Shown piece by piece: positions 61,894 through 64,000 of a stretch of DNA of 64,000 nucleotides. The notes beneath the pieces were generated by a model. It did no database searches. It was not told where the DNA came from and saw only the letters and a program-made list of their open reading frames with translations. The DNA is from Mobula birostris (Eukaryota). The position numbers and the translations under genes were made by a program. The stretch is taken from NCBI RefSeq assembly GCF_030028105.1, contig NC_092383.1, forward strand, positions 89,981,921-90,045,920. The letters are read 5' to 3'. How positions within the stretch are numbered: position 1 is the stretch's first letter; each line of letters starts with the position of its first letter.

Positions 61894-64000
61894 GGATGAT
61901 CGAGCTGAGGGTGAGCCAGCAGGTTTACAAGTAGATGATGGGTGTAACATGAATGTAATGAAGGACAAGCCAATGATGGGGTACAAATGCAGACAGAGCA
62001 AAGAACTCAACTGGACCACAGAGTCAAAATTCATCAGGGCGAAGGCTGCCGGACTGAAGCTGCGATATTTAAATCGGCGTAGCATCCGGAATAAGGTGGT
62101 TGAACTCGTGGAACAATTAGAGGTTGGTTGGTGTGACATTGTGGGCATCACTGAGTCATGGCTGGAAGACCATAGTTGTGAGTTTAACATCAAAGGATAT
62201 ACTCAGTAAAGTAAGGACAGGCAAGAAGGTACAGGCGGTGCTCTGGCTATATTAGTAAGAGATGGAATTACATCTGTAGATGGAGATGACGTAGGGTCTG
62301 AGAACATTGAATCTTTGTCGGTGGAGTTAAGAAACAGCAAAGGTGAAAAAAAACATTCTGAGAATCTTATAGGCCTCCTAATAATAGCCAATATGTGGGG
62401 TTGAGTTTGTAAAGAGTGTTGGAAAAGGCATGTGAAAAGGATAATGATACAGTGGTATTGGGGGACCTCAATATGCAAGTGGATTGGGAAAATTAGGTTT
62501 TTCCCAAGGAAAAAGAGAGGGAATTTATTGAATGCCGATGAGAGGGCTTTTCAGAGCATCTTGTGCTTGAGCCTACTTGGGGAAAGGCTTTTGGGTGTTG
62601 TGTCATGACCCAGATCTCATTAGGGAGCTTAATGTTAAAGGAACAGTTAGGAGACAGTGATCATAATATGATTGAATTCACAATGCAAATTGAAAGGGAG
62701 AAGCATAAATCACAGGTAATGCCAGTCGTGCATGCAGCCTGTTACAGAATCAAAACTCATTTGTAAGGCCAGTGATGTTGTGGGGATGGAACTGGACTCT
62801 CTCACTGTGGTGTCTGAAAAGAGGATGCTGTCCAAGTTGCATGCCATCTTGGACAATGTCTCCCATCCACTACGTAATGTACTGATTGGGCACAGGAGTA
62901 TATTCAGCCAGAGACTCATTCCACCGAGATGCAACACAGAGCATCATAGGAAGTCATTCCTGCCTGCGGACATCAAACTTTACAACTCCTCCCTTGGAGA
63001 GTCAGACACCCTGAGCCAATAGGCTGGTCCTGGACTTATTTCCATCTGGCATAATTTACATATTATTATTTAATTATTTATGGTTTTATATTGCTATATT
63101 TATACTCTATTCTTGGTTGGTGCAACTGTAACGAAACTCAATTTCCCTCGGGATCAATAAAGTATGTCTATCTATCTATCTATCTACCTAACAGTATAGC
63201 AATGGAATAAAGAAAATTACAGAGGCAAGAGACAGGAGGTTACCCCAGTGGATCAAAGGAAGATTCGTTGTTGCCGGTCATGTGACAGAAGATACTGGCG
63301 GGGATGATGGTAGAGCAGAAGCAGCTGAAGTTTCTGAGAATAATTCACAAGGCACAGGATAGATATGTCCCATAGAAGAAGTAGTTCTCAAATAGCAGGG
63401 CTAGCCAACCGTGGATGACAAGGGAGGTTAAGGTCTGCATGAATGCCAAGGAAAGGGCATATAAGGTAGCAAAAGTGAGTGGGAAACTGGATGATTGGGA
63501 AGCTTTTAAAATCCTAGAGAGCTCGAGGTCTGTGAGTGTCAGGCAGCAGGAGTGAGTGACACAAAGGTCTTAAGGTGCTTAAGTCACTCACAATTCCTAG
63601 AGTCATTCCTAGACTCTCTCAAATGAACTACATCCCAGAGTCCTAAGAGACATTGCTGAACAAATAATGGATGCTTTTGGCGTGATCTTTCAAGAATCTC
63701 TTAACTCTGGCATGGTCCTGGAGGACTGGAAGATAGTAAACGTCACACCACTCTTTAAGAAGGGAGGAAAGTGAAAGAAAGGAAATTATAGGCCAGTTAG
63801 CCTAACTTCAATGTTTGGAAAAGTATTGGAGTCTATTGTTAAGAATCAGGTTTTGGGGTACTTGGAGATTGATGATAAAAATTTCAAGGGGAATAGAATA
63901 TAACAGCAAGGAGATAATGTTAGGCTTTAAAAGGCACTAGTCAGGTGCACTTGGAGTATTGTCAACAGTTTTGAGTCTCATATCTCAGAAAGGATGTGTT
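61894..64000 (+). mobile_element. Internally deleted CR1-type LINE (unit 3, cut by window end)
   Basis: Same as 16830-18935. Confidence 0.85.

Overview
Eukaryotic, repeat-rich vertebrate DNA. The repeat families (HE1-type V-SINEs, CR1, Rex1/Babar-like LINEs, Penelope-like elements) suggest a cartilaginous fish, probably a ray; this is inference. The whole window is a head-to-tail tandem array of a ~22 kb unit: position 1 recurs at 21776 and 44263, giving periods of 21,775 and 22,487 bp, and the third unit is cut by the window end. Each unit carries one intact 9-exon pepsinogen A-like aspartic protease gene on the minus strand (1161-nt CDS, 386 aa, both DTG catalytic motifs, all GT-AG introns). 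The three CDSs differ at only 4 nucleotides (K114E, I203V, two silent). The protein has unusual features: a Cys pair in the prosegment around the active-site-blocking Lys, a free Cys at pepsin position 115, a shortened C-terminal substrate loop and many basic residues. Introns and intergenic DNA are mostly decayed retroelements, including Penelope-like fragments with degenerate minimal hammerhead-ribozyme motifs and a 39-bp minisatellite split by a LINE. The copies are mosaics of each other, which points to unequal crossing-over or gene conversion. Most short ORFs in the supplied track are spurious or transposon debris.
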